Below are positions 1-10,078 of a stretch of 64,000 bases of DNA, one piece after another. A program made the translations under genes and the position numbers. Location: NCBI GenBank assembly GCA_949286215.1, contig CASDYX010000004.1, positions 20,001-84,000 on the forward strand. Reading direction: 5' to 3'. This stretch comes from an uncultured Pseudomonadota bacterium. Its GTDB lineage: Bacteria > Pseudomonadota > Alphaproteobacteria > RF32 > CAG-239. The notes below the pieces were generated by a model, which did no database searches, was not told the DNA's origin, and saw only the letters and a list, made by a program, of their open reading frames with translations. Numbering within the stretch: the first letter of the stretch is position 1; every line of letters starts with the position of its first letter.

Positions 1-3000
1 AAATCACACTGCCTGTTCCGGTCGGAGAGGCTTCTGTTTTTCCTAAGCTCCGACGGTTCTTTTCGAGTTCACGTTTTCCGGTTACAACTGGGTCATCAAT
101 AAATACATCTTTCTTGCCTTGTCCACCAAGTTCTTTCGGATTGCGGTCTCTGGTTCTCATCCACAAATCTACGTTCGGATAAACAATAATGCGTGTGCCG
201 GCGGGAACATAGGTCAGCGGACGAATATTGGTCTTATCTGATAAGATTTGCTCAAATACTTGATTCATCTGATTCAAGAAGTTTTGGCGGGCATCGTTAG
301 CTGCTTGTTGTTTCGGGGTTTCATTTACACCCGAGTTGTCATTTTCATCATCTGCCATAATGTATGACGTATAGCTGGTTAGGGCCGTGGTCATAATCGG
401 CAAAGTATATTTCTTGAACAATTGTTGATCAAGATAACCCAGTGCGCCTCCTCGACCTTGGGCGTCTCCGGTAACACCGCTAAAGACAAACAATGAACCA
501 TCAGGACGAATGAGTCTTTCCCATGTTATTTGAACTTTTGCTGACTGAGATGTGGTTTCGGTTGTTCCGGTCAAACTTCCCAATGTGCCCATAATTCGGC
601 TTCCGGCGGGAATTATGATATTCCGTCCTTCTTCTGCATAAACATTTCGCTCGACAAATGCTGTTACCGGTGTTGGGTTATTACTGTCTATTGAACGAGC
701 TATAACTGCCGGAATCGGTTTATCTGCAAATATCATTTCACTTAAGTCAACTCGCCATGAAGATATTGCTTTTTTAATTCCTTGTTCGTCCCAATCTTTT
801 TGCATACCATCAAAAGTATCAGGGCTAATATTGCTGCTGATTTTTCCAACTTGCATATTGCTGCGTCGCTCTTGTTGAGCTGCGTCTAAAGCCATAGCTC
901 GTTGCGGGTCATATCTTTCTCCAGGACCAAAACCACCTCCAGGGCCGAGGTTTCCGCCAGGTCCTGTTCCTGTACCATAAGCTCCTCCTTGTCCAAAGGT
1001 TCCGGCCGGAATAAACATATCTTCGGCTGATGGTTTTGAGGTTTCTTCTATACCGATAAGGGCTCCTTCATCATCAATAACTAAGCCATCTGGCATACGA
1101 TGACCGACAACTTTTCCTTCTTTATTGACAACGCTGCCATCTTCCATAATATCGCCCAAATATTCTCCGTCTGGCGTTAAGGCAATACCTAATGAACGAC
1201 GATATTTCTCGGTCATTTTCTCTTCTTCGGGAGAAAGGCCAATTTCTGGTATGGAACTTGGGCGATTATACCAACCGGGACGACTGACCTTTCCTATTAC
1301 TTTTCCATTTTTATCTAGAACTTCGCCCTTTTCATTTACTTTACCTATTACGTTGCCGTCTTTATCAACAACCGTGCCATCGGGAAGAACTTTTCCTATG
1401 ACATTGCCATTTTCGTCATAGGCTAGATTTTCTTCTTTTTGGGGAGAAATAATTGAACCAATGGTATTGCCGTTGGCATCTATAATTGCACCGTTTTCTC
1501 CCAGCTTTCCAATTACCTTGCCGAAATTGTCAACGACCGTACCGTCTGGGAGAACTTTTCCTATGACATTGCCATTGGCATCATAGGCAACTTTGCTACT
1601 GGCTAATTCACCAATTACATTACCGTTTTTATCTACAACTTTTCCGTTTTGTACAGAACCGATTATTTTACCATTCTCGTCTGTTACGGTTCCATCGGCA
1701 TTAACATAACCTAAGAGATTTCCATTAACATCAAAAACTTTCTCTCTAGCAACTATCTCTCCATGATATTGAAGCGGTTTGGCAACGGCTATGACACGGC
1801 CATTGCTATCAATTATGCTGCCACTTTTGGTGATAGTTCCTAAAACATTATTATTTACATCTCGTAATTCGCCTTTTAGATTTAATTCACCTAAGATGCG
1901 GTTTGAATCGTCTCTGATGTAAAAGTCTCTGTTTCCGCGACCTTTTAGCTCTCCATTCTTATCAAGCAGGAAGCCTTTACTCAAAGTTCCTAAATTTTGA
2001 TTTACAAAAGATAAGACGCTGCCATCTTTCTGAATAACGCCAATTACCTCAAAGTCATTATCATAAATATAAAAATCATATAAAGCGTAACCTATTTTGT
2101 AGCCATCTTTTGTGACATTTCCCTCAAAGTCTACTTGACCAATGTTGTCTCCGCGAGCATCAATAACGGCACCATCTTGGGTGATATGACCTATATATTT
2201 GTTAGCATTGCTAAAGGCATAGTGATATTTAAACAGATGGCCTATCGGAGCACCGGTTTTTGAATTTACATTACCGTTTGCTTGCTCATAGCCGATAAAT
2301 TGATTTTCGGAATTTACGACCTGACCGTCTAAAACGCTGCGTCCAAGAATAACACCATTAAAACTCATTACCGGATAGTATTCAATGGTGTGTGCCAAAG
2401 AGACGCCTTCATCATTCTTTAAGAAGCCTCGCTTATCAATACAGCCCAAAATATTGTTGCTATAATTCAAAACTTGTCCGTTACTGGAAACTGTACCAAT
2501 TATGTTGCCATTATAATCAATAACAGCTGTCGGGTTGACGCTATAGCCGACATAAGAGCCGTTTTCTGAAACAACTTGTCCATTGAGCAAAGGTCTTCCC
2601 ATGACGGTTTCTCGATAATTGCGAACTTCTCCGCGAGAGGTAATAACACCTAAGAAAGAGCATTTATCGTCTATGGCGGTTGCATAATCTATAACACCAC
2701 CAATTGCAGAACCGGTATTGTCAAGCAAAGTTGCTTCGGAGGTGACTTTTCCTAGATTTGAACCGCCGAAATCTTTGGCTATACCTAAATTATTAACATA
2801 ACCGGCTAAACGACCATTAAAATATAGTGCTAAAGAAGCTTTTCGCCCTGTACCTTGCTGAGGCATCATATTTACTGACGCATTATCTGATGAAGAAACT
2901 AATGCTCCGTCAGGAATATATTTTCCGACGACGTTGCCGCTCGTTTTTTCGACCAGATTTCGGTTATTCAATAAACCAAGTGATTCTCCTTTTGAATCTA

Positions 3001-4489
3001 CAAAATAGCCATTTTCCAGACTTTTACCGATGATTAGGTTTCGTTCATCAACATTAAAACCGGATTGTGTTAATTTACCCAAGGCAGCAACATTCTTGTT
3101 GGTCAACTGTCCGTTAGGCATTATTTGAGCTACCGGCGTACCTGTAATGTTATAAATTGAGGATAAGGTTAAGCCTCGTCCAACCGACTTGCCGTCTGCT
3201 GAAAAAAGATAACCAAACGGAGACATATATTTTTTCTCTTCTCCATCCATAACAGAACCGCTAATACCCACAATTCCTAAGCTCTGGTTATTAGAATTCA
3301 CGGCTAATAAATTGTTCATTGTGGCGCCTATTGCGCGTCCGGTATTTTCGTATGCCATATTATCCATAATATAGCCGGCGGGCGTTCCTTCCATAGTTAC
3401 TATAGAGCCATTCTTTGAAGCATGTCCCTTTAGTGCTCCGCGATAATCAAAAACAGGTCCGGTTTTGATAATTTTACCAATGAGTTTTCCATCTGAAGAA
3501 AGGATTGCTCCTCTCGGACCGACTTGACCAATGTCGTCTTTTGCTTTGCGGACTTTTCCTTGAGGAACTACTCGTCCTAAATATTTACCATTTAAATCTG
3601 TAGCCGTTGCCGAAAAATCAACTACGGATCCTATAATTTCACCTTGTAAATTGACAATATTTTCATCTGCCTGAACACGACCGACAATATTGTTCTTATC
3701 AACGACTTCACCGTTGTATGTAACGAAGCCTAAATATTTTCCAGAGTTATCCAAAGCATAACCTGAACGAACAATACTTCCCATGATTTGATTGTCTTTA
3801 TTATAAACAAAACCATTGGCCTTGACATAACCAATCGTTTGAGCATCAAAATTGGTAACATTTCCTCCGGGGGAGACACTGCCGATAAAATCCCCACTTA
3901 GAGATACAACCATTTTTGAGGAAATCAGACGTCCGTCTAAAATATAATCTTGTCCGACTTTGCGATAGGCATAGCCGTCAGGAGATACAAAACCGATTGC
4001 CTGACCTTGTAAATTTGTGTATAAGCCATCGCCTGTCAAACGACCGACAGTTTTTCCATCGTCTGAATAAACAAGCCCAGGAAACAAAACAGAACCAACA
4101 ACATTAAAATATTCATCCAAGACCAAGCCGTTGGGCAATACTTTTGCTATTATTTTTCCTGAAGGAAGACGAACGGAACCATCATTATTGACTTTACCTA
4201 AGGGTTTATTATCATTGCCGATTGCAATACCTTGAGGAACAACGCCACCGATGATTGCGCCGTCAAAATCCAAAATCAAGCTGTCGGCCGTTACATTGCC
4301 GATTAATTGGTTGTCAAAACTTACGACTTTACCATCGGGAATAACTTTTCCGATTAAATCTCCGTTAAAGTCAACCGCCGTAATCTCCTGAGCTTGCGCA
4401 TTAAAGCAAAAGAGCAACATTCCCAAAAGAATGTTGAAAAATCTTAGTGTTTTGGCACAGTTTTTCTTTTTTGTTTTTTCCCGTCCCAA
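1..4489 (-). CDS. Giant tandem-repeat secreted or surface protein, N-terminal about 1500 aa; the ORF continues past the window start. Paralog of 4491..8414.
   Basis: The minus-strand frame is open from 4489 to position 1 with no stop, which is why it is missing from the ORF track. The only plus-strand ORFs here are short antisense artefacts. The likely start is TTG at 4487-4489, 6 nt after GGAGGA and 1 nt after the upstream TGA. The N-terminus KTKKKNCAKTLRFFNILLGMLLFCFNAQA/QE resembles a signal peptide. The body translates to repeats of the form NGN[VI]IG[KR]VxPDGTVVD, for example ...AVDFNGDLIGKVIPDGKVVSFDNQLIGNV... Confidence 0.6.
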   Translation of the reverse strand, partial: MGREKTKKKNCAKTLRFFNILLGMLLFCFNAQAQEITAVDFNGDLIGKVIPDGKVVSFDNQLIGNVTADSLILDFDGAIIGGVVPQGIAIGNDNKPLGKVNNDGSVRLPSGKIIAKVLPNGLVLDEYFNVVGSVLFPGLVYSDDGKTVGRLTGDGLYTNLQGQAIGFVSPDGYAYRKVGQDYILDGRLISSKMVVSLSGDFIGSVSPGGNVTNFDAQTIGYVKANGFVYNKDNQIMGSIVRSGYALDNSGKYLGFVTYNGEVVDKNNIVGRVQADENIVNLQGEIIGSVVDFSATATDLNGKYLGRVVPQGKVRKAKDDIGQVGPRGAILSSDGKLIGKIIKTGPVFDYRGALKGHASKNGSIVTMEGTPAGYIMDNMAYENTGRAIGATMNNLLAVNSNNQSLGIVGISGSVMDGEEKKYMSPFGYLFSADGKSVGRGLTLSSIYNITGTPVAQIMPNGQLTNKNVAALGKLTQSGFNVDERNLIIGKSLENGYFVDSKGESLGLLNNRNLVEKTSGNVVGKYIPDGALVSSSDNASVNMMPQQGTGRKASLALYFNGRLAGYVNNLGIAKDFGGSNLGKVTSEATLLDNTGSAIGGVIDYATAIDDKCSFLGVITSRGEVRNYRETVMGRPLLNGQVVSENGSYVGYSVNPTAVIDYNGNIIGTVSSNGQVLNYSNNILGCIDKRGFLKNDEGVSLAHTIEYYPVMSFNGVILGRSVLDGQVVNSENQFIGYEQANGNVNSKTGAPIGHLFKYHYAFSNANKYIGHITQDGAVIDARGDNIGQVDFEGNVTKDGYKIGYALYDFYIYDNDFEVIGVIQKDGSVLSFVNQNLGTLSKGFLLDKNGELKGRGNRDFYIRDDSNRILGELNLKGELRDVNNNVLGTITKSGSIIDSNGRVIAVAKPLQYHGEIVAREKVFDVNGNLLGYVNADGTVTDENGKIIGSVQNGKVVDKNGNVIGELASSKVAYDANGNVIGKVLPDGTVVDNFGKVIGKLGENGAIIDANGNTIGSIISPQKEENLAYDENGNVIGKVLPDGTVVDKDGNVIGKVNEKGEVLDKNGKVIGKVSRPGWYNRPSSIPEIGLSPEEEKMTEKYRRSLGIALTPDGEYLGDIMEDGSVVNKEGKVVGHRMPDGLVIDDEGALIGIEETSKPSAEDMFIPAGTFGQGGAYGTGTGPGGNLGPGGGFGPGERYDPQRAMALDAAQQERRSNMQVGKISSNISPDTFDGMQKDWDEQGIKKAISSWRVDLSEMIFADKPIPAVIARSIDSNNPTPVTAFVERNVYAEEGRNIIIPAGSRIMGTLGSLTGTTETTSQSAKVQITWERLIRPDGSLFVFSGVTGDAQGRGGALGYLDQQLFKKYTLPIMTTALTSYTSYIMADDENDNSGVNETPKQQAANDARQNFLNQMNQVFEQILSDKTNIRPLTYVPAGTRIIVYPNVDLWMRTRDRNPKELGGQGKKDVFIDDPVVTGKRELEKNRRSLGKTEASPTGTGSVI

Positions 4490-4490
4490 C

Positions 4491-7400
4491 TCAGTTCCTC
4501 CGGTTCTTTGCAACTTCCTGCAACGCATAGCCTGCAACTTTCTTATCCAAATTTACATATGAACCGTTGTTTTTAAGATAACCGACATTCTTGCCTTCGC
4601 TGTCTTGTACAATGCCTTCTGCATTTAAGCGACCGACGTAATTGCCGTCATTTCCTAAAATTGTGGCTCCTATCTTATAAATTTTTCCTATTATGTTGTC
4701 ATTGTTATCTATTGCCAAATCACCAGAAATGGCTCGACCAATGAGGCTACCTTCTTTGTTTCTGATTTTACCATCAAAATTTACATAGCCTACAACTTTA
4801 TCTGAGTTATCAATAACTATATCACCGTGGACAACTTCTCCGATTAATTTTCCTGATGCGCTGATTACATTGCCGTCTGACAAAACTCTGCCAACGACAA
4901 CATTTTCTTTATCAACAACTTGTCCGTTAGGCAACACTGAACCTATTGTATTACCCCCAAAATCAATAACGGTCCCTCTCCTTAGCAGACTCAGATTTTT
5001 ATCTGTCGAACCTCCTGGTAAAACAGCTGTAATTACTTCATTTTTCAAGTCTATTACGTCACCTATCGAATTTACGCGACCTTTATAATTTCCCCAAATA
5101 TCTACAACAATATTTTCGGGTATAACCTCGCCGATTACCGTCCCCTTCAAATCGATAACTTTACCATCAGAACTGGTGGTTCCGACTTTTGCTCCTTCCA
5201 TGCTGATAACCGTACCGTCTGTCGTAGCATAGCCTAAGAATGCTCCGTCATAACCAATTGCACTGCCTCTGGAAACAACTCCACCACGATAAAGCCCCTT
5301 GTTATCAATAAAATTGCCTTTAGCGTCTATTCGCCCTAAATTTTCACCAAAACGCGTAATAACTTGTCCGTCATGCGTAACCAAGCCTATCGTTTTGCCT
5401 TCAAAATCTGCTACAAAGCCTTTTTTGACGGTATTTCCTATCAAAGAATTGTAGAAATTCAGACCATCACCGTGGAGGCGACCGATTGCATTTCCTTTAG
5501 CGTCATAAACTTCTCCGTTGGGGAAAAGACGACCTTTGAAATTGCCTTCCGGAGAGATTATGGTTGCTTTTTCATCCATTAAAACACCAATAATTTCATT
5601 ACGGTCGTTAGCGACTAAATCATTGGCAAAAAGTTTGGCATCTGATTGTCCACTTATCGCAACTCGACCGTTTGGCCCTACTAGATTTAAGAAATTACCG
5701 TGTAAATCATAGGCATTCGTTTTTTCTAAAACACGACCAATATAGGCTCCGTCTTTATTGAAAACATCTCCGTAAGTGCCGACACAACCAACGGGAAGTT
5801 GTGATAAAGCTATAACCAAACCATCAGCAGAAACTTGCCCTAGGTATTCTCCGTCATAAGATAAAGCAACACCATTCCGGACAACACTTCCTATCACATC
5901 GCCTTTTTCACTTAATACCGTGCCATCAGGATTAACGCAACCAACGTAAACCCCTTCAGAAGAACGAACTATACCATCTGTTCCGACATCACCCATATAA
6001 GTACAATTGTTATCAAAGACTTTTCCGGTGCGCACAACTTCTCCGACATAGTTGTTTTCGGGGTCAACAATCACTCCATTGGGCATTGGTTTTAGCTTGG
6101 TTTCAGTATTGCCTTTTTTTATCTTACCATCAGCATCTAAATAGCCGATATTCTTACAACCATAACCAACAACCAAACCGCCCCTTACTAATTTGGCTAC
6201 GACTTCTGAACCCGAAGTATCACGAACCAAACCATTGGATAAAACTCGGCCAACAATTTTACTGTTTTGAACAACCGTTCCGTCGTTGTTGAGCTTTCCA
6301 AGAACTGTACCTTTCGGGGTAATCGGTATCATGCGGGTTTGAACCAATGCTCCTAATGTCTTATTTTGTGAGCTGATAATATTGCCGTTTTCATCAACAT
6401 AACCTATTTCATTACCATTTAGGTCAAATACTTTTCCGTTGGCATCAACATACCCGATAACCTTTCCGTCTTTATCTAAGACAAGATTAACAACCTCACC
6501 GGCTTTTCCGATAACATTTCCTTCCAAATCGACCAAAGTGCCATCGTCTAACATTTTTCCGATGATATTGCCGTTGAAATCAACAACGTTACCGTTTTCA
6601 TCAATATAGCCAATAACATTTCCATCTTTGTCGTATGCCAAGCGTCTTTGTGCGCCAATACTCATATCGGCAACTTTGCCTATGACATTACCGTTATTGT
6701 CAACAACCGTGCCATCGGGCAAAACACGACCTATAATATTGCCATTAGCATCTCGAACGTTGCCATCTTCATCCACATAACCTATGACATTGCCGTCTTT
6801 ATCATAGACCAAACGTCTGCCGGGGACATTTGCTGCTCGTCCTATTGTATTGCCCTCAGAATCCACAATTGTACCATCTGGCAAGACTTTTCCGATGATA
6901 TTGCCATTCAAATCTACGACATTACCGTTTTCATCAACTCGACCTATTATATTGCCGTTTTTATCATAAGCTAATCGTCTTTGAGGGATGGATACGGATT
7001 TTCCGATAATATTGCCATTTTCATCGACGACATTTCCATTGGCGTCGGTTTTACCTATTATATTGCCATTAGAATCGACAACATTTCCATTTGAATCAAC
7101 AAATCCTATAACCTTACCATTTTTATCATAAGCCAATTTTACCGAGCCACCGGCATTGCCTAAAACATTTTTGCCAACAACTTTTCCGTTTTCATCAACA
7201 TGACCAACAATATTGCCGTTTTTATCTACAACTGAACCGTCGGGCATTACAACACCAATCACATTTCCGTTTTCATCAACGGCAACGCGTCCTTGTTTGC
7301 TTACTCGACCAATTACTTTACCGTTAGCATCAACAGCCTCTCCGTTTGCATTGAGACGTCCGGTCACATTACCGTTCATATCAACAACCGTACCATCAGG

Positions 7401-8414
7401 CATGACACGACCGACAATATTGCCGTTTTCATCATATACAAATCCGGCGTCAACCGCTTTACCTATAACATTTCCATTAAGATCAACAACCGTGCCGTCG
7501 GGGAGCATACGACCAATTATGTTACCATCTTTATCAACTACCGTGCCATCGGGATTAACATAGCCAATAACATTACCATTAGCATCATAGACCAATCGAC
7601 GATTTTCTGCTACGCCTATGACATTTCCGTTTTCATCGACAATCATCCCTGCCGAATTTGCTCGTCCGATAATATTTCCATTGGCATCACGCACATAACC
7701 ATCTTCATCAATGGTACCGATTATTTCACCATTAGGACCAATCGCATTTCTTGTGCGGAGACCTTTTGCTTCCTGCCCATCATTTGCTTTGGCTCCATCT
7801 GTCGGAACTTGCTCACAGAAATTGCAATCTTCTTTGCGGATAGCGTTTCCTTCTACTGGAACTTTTTCTGATTTTGCATTTGCTGTTGTTAAATTGGATT
7901 CATGCCAGGTTATGATAAAATTATTTTGTACATTACCAGGCACAACCGGTGTCCAACTCATTGTGATATCACAAGTTTCATGACCGCGCAGTTCTTTATC
8001 CGTACAATCATCCTTAAAGGTAAAACCATCAAAAGGAGGTTCTGCCAATTGAACAGAAACAATTTTTATGGCTGCTTTGGCATTTGTTCCTATGGTCAGA
8101 ACATTTTTAGCATCCGTGCCCAAAACGACTTGCCCCATCTGTACCGGATTTGGGGTGGTTGTTATCGGAGGTTCTTTATCTTCAATCATCCCAAATTCAA
8201 TATTATTGCTTGTGCCGTTATCGGCGGCAATATTTAAGGCATCATCATTGGTTGTAAATACGGGTTCCGTATATTCATTTTCAACCGGACCACTTTGCAT
8301 TAAAAGCATTACACCCAGAACAAAGATTACAAACGAGGTAATACCAACCACAAATATTATGCGGTTGGTCTTCTTTATATAACTCTCCGAATGTGTTAAT
8401 ACCTCTTTGCTCAT
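4491..8414 (-). CDS. Giant tandem-repeat protein of 1307 aa. It has an N-terminal TM/signal anchor, about 40 copies of a 17-residue (10+7) repeat with consensus xNGN[VI]IG[KR]VxPDGTVVD, and a degenerate repeat tail.
   Basis: Complete ORF. The ATG overlaps the virB9-like stop as ATGA at 8411-8414. The N-terminal hydrophobic stretch is IIFVVGITSFVIFVLGVMLL. Spacing between Gly positions in the repeat region alternates 10 and 7 residues. Confidence 0.8.
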   Translation of the reverse strand: MSKEVLTHSESYIKKTNRIIFVVGITSFVIFVLGVMLLMQSGPVENEYTEPVFTTNDDALNIAADNGTSNNIEFGMIEDKEPPITTTPNPVQMGQVVLGTDAKNVLTIGTNAKAAIKIVSVQLAEPPFDGFTFKDDCTDKELRGHETCDITMSWTPVVPGNVQNNFIITWHESNLTTANAKSEKVPVEGNAIRKEDCNFCEQVPTDGAKANDGQEAKGLRTRNAIGPNGEIIGTIDEDGYVRDANGNIIGRANSAGMIVDENGNVIGVAENRRLVYDANGNVIGYVNPDGTVVDKDGNIIGRMLPDGTVVDLNGNVIGKAVDAGFVYDENGNIVGRVMPDGTVVDMNGNVTGRLNANGEAVDANGKVIGRVSKQGRVAVDENGNVIGVVMPDGSVVDKNGNIVGHVDENGKVVGKNVLGNAGGSVKLAYDKNGKVIGFVDSNGNVVDSNGNIIGKTDANGNVVDENGNIIGKSVSIPQRRLAYDKNGNIIGRVDENGNVVDLNGNIIGKVLPDGTIVDSEGNTIGRAANVPGRRLVYDKDGNVIGYVDEDGNVRDANGNIIGRVLPDGTVVDNNGNVIGKVADMSIGAQRRLAYDKDGNVIGYIDENGNVVDFNGNIIGKMLDDGTLVDLEGNVIGKAGEVVNLVLDKDGKVIGYVDANGKVFDLNGNEIGYVDENGNIISSQNKTLGALVQTRMIPITPKGTVLGKLNNDGTVVQNSKIVGRVLSNGLVRDTSGSEVVAKLVRGGLVVGYGCKNIGYLDADGKIKKGNTETKLKPMPNGVIVDPENNYVGEVVRTGKVFDNNCTYMGDVGTDGIVRSSEGVYVGCVNPDGTVLSEKGDVIGSVVRNGVALSYDGEYLGQVSADGLVIALSQLPVGCVGTYGDVFNKDGAYIGRVLEKTNAYDLHGNFLNLVGPNGRVAISGQSDAKLFANDLVANDRNEIIGVLMDEKATIISPEGNFKGRLFPNGEVYDAKGNAIGRLHGDGLNFYNSLIGNTVKKGFVADFEGKTIGLVTHDGQVITRFGENLGRIDAKGNFIDNKGLYRGGVVSRGSAIGYDGAFLGYATTDGTVISMEGAKVGTTSSDGKVIDLKGTVIGEVIPENIVVDIWGNYKGRVNSIGDVIDLKNEVITAVLPGGSTDKNLSLLRRGTVIDFGGNTIGSVLPNGQVVDKENVVVGRVLSDGNVISASGKLIGEVVHGDIVIDNSDKVVGYVNFDGKIRNKEGSLIGRAISGDLAIDNNDNIIGKIYKIGATILGNDGNYVGRLNAEGIVQDSEGKNVGYLKNNGSYVNLDKKVAGYALQEVAKNRRN

Positions 8415-10057
8415 TGCGTCCTTACTACGCTACAAAACACTCCGTTTCTTCCTAAACGACTGCACACATTATCGCCTGATTCCAAACTCTTTACAGGACC
8501 TACGCGTAAGTGAAACAGTTCTTTTCCTTGTCCATCTGCCGGTGCATCTACTGAGAAGAATGGCTCATAACGGCTCAAAACATCAGGATACTTTTTAGAA
8601 AGCTCACTCCACAAATTTTCCAAATTAGAGACATTGGCATCTGTTCCTAACTCAATTGAAATGTTTGAGCTGTCAGCATCAACAAATCCTGAACCAAAAC
8701 CATATCCGCCCTTGCTGCCTCCTTGAGAGCCACTATTTCCGGCATATTGATTATTGTTCTTTATGTGTTGCATTTTGGAATAATCATATCCATCGTTAGG
8801 CGGCTGGAAGCCAATATTTACGCCATTGCCGTTATTTCGGCCATTTGCCATATTATTGCCATAACGAGGAACAACTATTTCACTTTGGCCAACTTGAATA
8901 TCGTATTGTCCGGGCATGCCACCATTGGCTGAAGAATTAAATTCACTATCTCCACCGGATCCTCCCGTCGGGCGCATTGTTCCTCCCGGAAGCGGAGCCG
9001 GAACATCCCATGCGGCATCATCAAAATCTGTGGCGTAAGTTGCATTTTCCAGACCGGCGTCATCCGAACGGCGCATCTTTAAGCAAACAAGTCTTTTACC
9101 GTTACGCAAAACCATATCGCCAATACCTTCAACAATAATCAAGCGATTGTTCGGGCCTTTAGTTCTAAAGCCAACCGGAACTTCTATTCTTTCAACAATT
9201 AATGTGACTATCGGACGCTGTGTCATATTTAGAGCTTTTTCACCAAAATCAATATAAGTGAAAATATCATCTCTCCATACTCTTTCAGGTGCAATAACAA
9301 CATCATCAGGATTTGGAACATAAACCTCAATATCAAATCTAAATTTGCTAGGATCAACAGGAATGTCTTTTATCCAATCACTTCTTTGAAAGCGCTTGGT
9401 AAAAAGAGAATCTGCAGAGTGCGAATTATTAGCTTTGTAGGTTGAGGCGTTCACTCCCGAACCACCGCCGACACTGCCTCCGGATATTCCGGCTCCTCTT
9501 GAGCCTGCCGGTCCATCAATCACATCAATATCAATGATAGAGTTGGTCAAACGTTCTGTATTTACGCCTTCACTTTTTACATAAAATACATATTTATTTC
9601 CTGAACGACCAAAAATAATGATATTAGTATCAACGCCGACATTTGCTCCTTTTCGAGGATAGAGCAAAATTGTATTCGGACCGGAAATTTGCCCATCAAA
9701 TGTCGCATTGTCACCGATATACATATCCTCAATTAGTTCCCACTCAGGAAAATTAAGCAAAGTTATCATACCTTCACGAAGACGTATCGGCAAAATTAAA
9801 TCCGGTGACCAATAGTATTTAGAATATGCCGGTTTGCTTTGACCTTCACCCAGATTTTGGAGCGGATCGAGCCAAGCAGCCTGCGTCATTCCCAAAGAAT
9901 TAAAGCCGGCATAGCCAAGATTCATCGGCATATATTGCCCCTGACTTTGGTCGGCGTTTTGATCCAGACTGCCCATTGTTGCCTGAGATAGAGCATTACG
10001 GCTCAGCGTCAACGCAACGACCATTACTAATAAACTTTTGCCAACTTTCAAAATCAT
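8411..10057 (-). CDS. virB9: VirB9/CagX/TrbG-family outer-membrane core protein with a Gly/Asn-rich linker and a C-terminal SPOR-like peptidoglycan-binding domain
   Basis: It has a signal peptide MILKVGKSLLVMVVALTLSRNALSQA. The N-domain ILPIRLREGMITLLNFPEWELIEDMYIGDNATF...NTILLYPRKGANVGVDTNIIIFGRSGNKYVFYV fits the VirB9 N-domain pattern. The C-domain FRFDIEVYVPNPDDVVIAPERVWRDDIFTYIDFGE...RLIIVEGIGDMVLRNGKRLVCLK fits the VirB9 C-domain pattern. The C-terminal stretch ...ELFHLRVGPVKSLESGDNVCSRLGRNGVFCSVV resembles the FtsN SPOR motif RVVIGPVKGKENADSTLNRLKMAGHTNCIRL. Confidence 0.7.
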   Translation of the reverse strand: MILKVGKSLLVMVVALTLSRNALSQATMGSLDQNADQSQGQYMPMNLGYAGFNSLGMTQAAWLDPLQNLGEGQSKPAYSKYYWSPDLILPIRLREGMITLLNFPEWELIEDMYIGDNATFDGQISGPNTILLYPRKGANVGVDTNIIIFGRSGNKYVFYVKSEGVNTERLTNSIIDIDVIDGPAGSRGAGISGGSVGGGSGVNASTYKANNSHSADSLFTKRFQRSDWIKDIPVDPSKFRFDIEVYVPNPDDVVIAPERVWRDDIFTYIDFGEKALNMTQRPIVTLIVERIEVPVGFRTKGPNNRLIIVEGIGDMVLRNGKRLVCLKMRRSDDAGLENATYATDFDDAAWDVPAPLPGGTMRPTGGSGGDSEFNSSANGGMPGQYDIQVGQSEIVVPRYGNNMANGRNNGNGVNIGFQPPNDGYDYSKMQHIKNNNQYAGNSGSQGGSKGGYGFGSGFVDADSSNISIELGTDANVSNLENLWSELSKKYPDVLSRYEPFFSVDAPADGQGKELFHLRVGPVKSLESGDNVCSRLGRNGVFCSVVRTQ

Positions 10058-10078
10058 TTCCTAATACCTTAATCTACC

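Noticed and set aside
1125-8382. Many plus-strand ORFs of 60-190 aa inside the repeat genes (1125..1421, 2827..3033, 4870..5088, 6648..6974, 7213..7563, 7293..7871 and others)
   Set aside because: They are antisense to long, motif-rich minus-strand genes. They are low-complexity, have no RBS and no family features, and are artefacts of repetitive codon structure.
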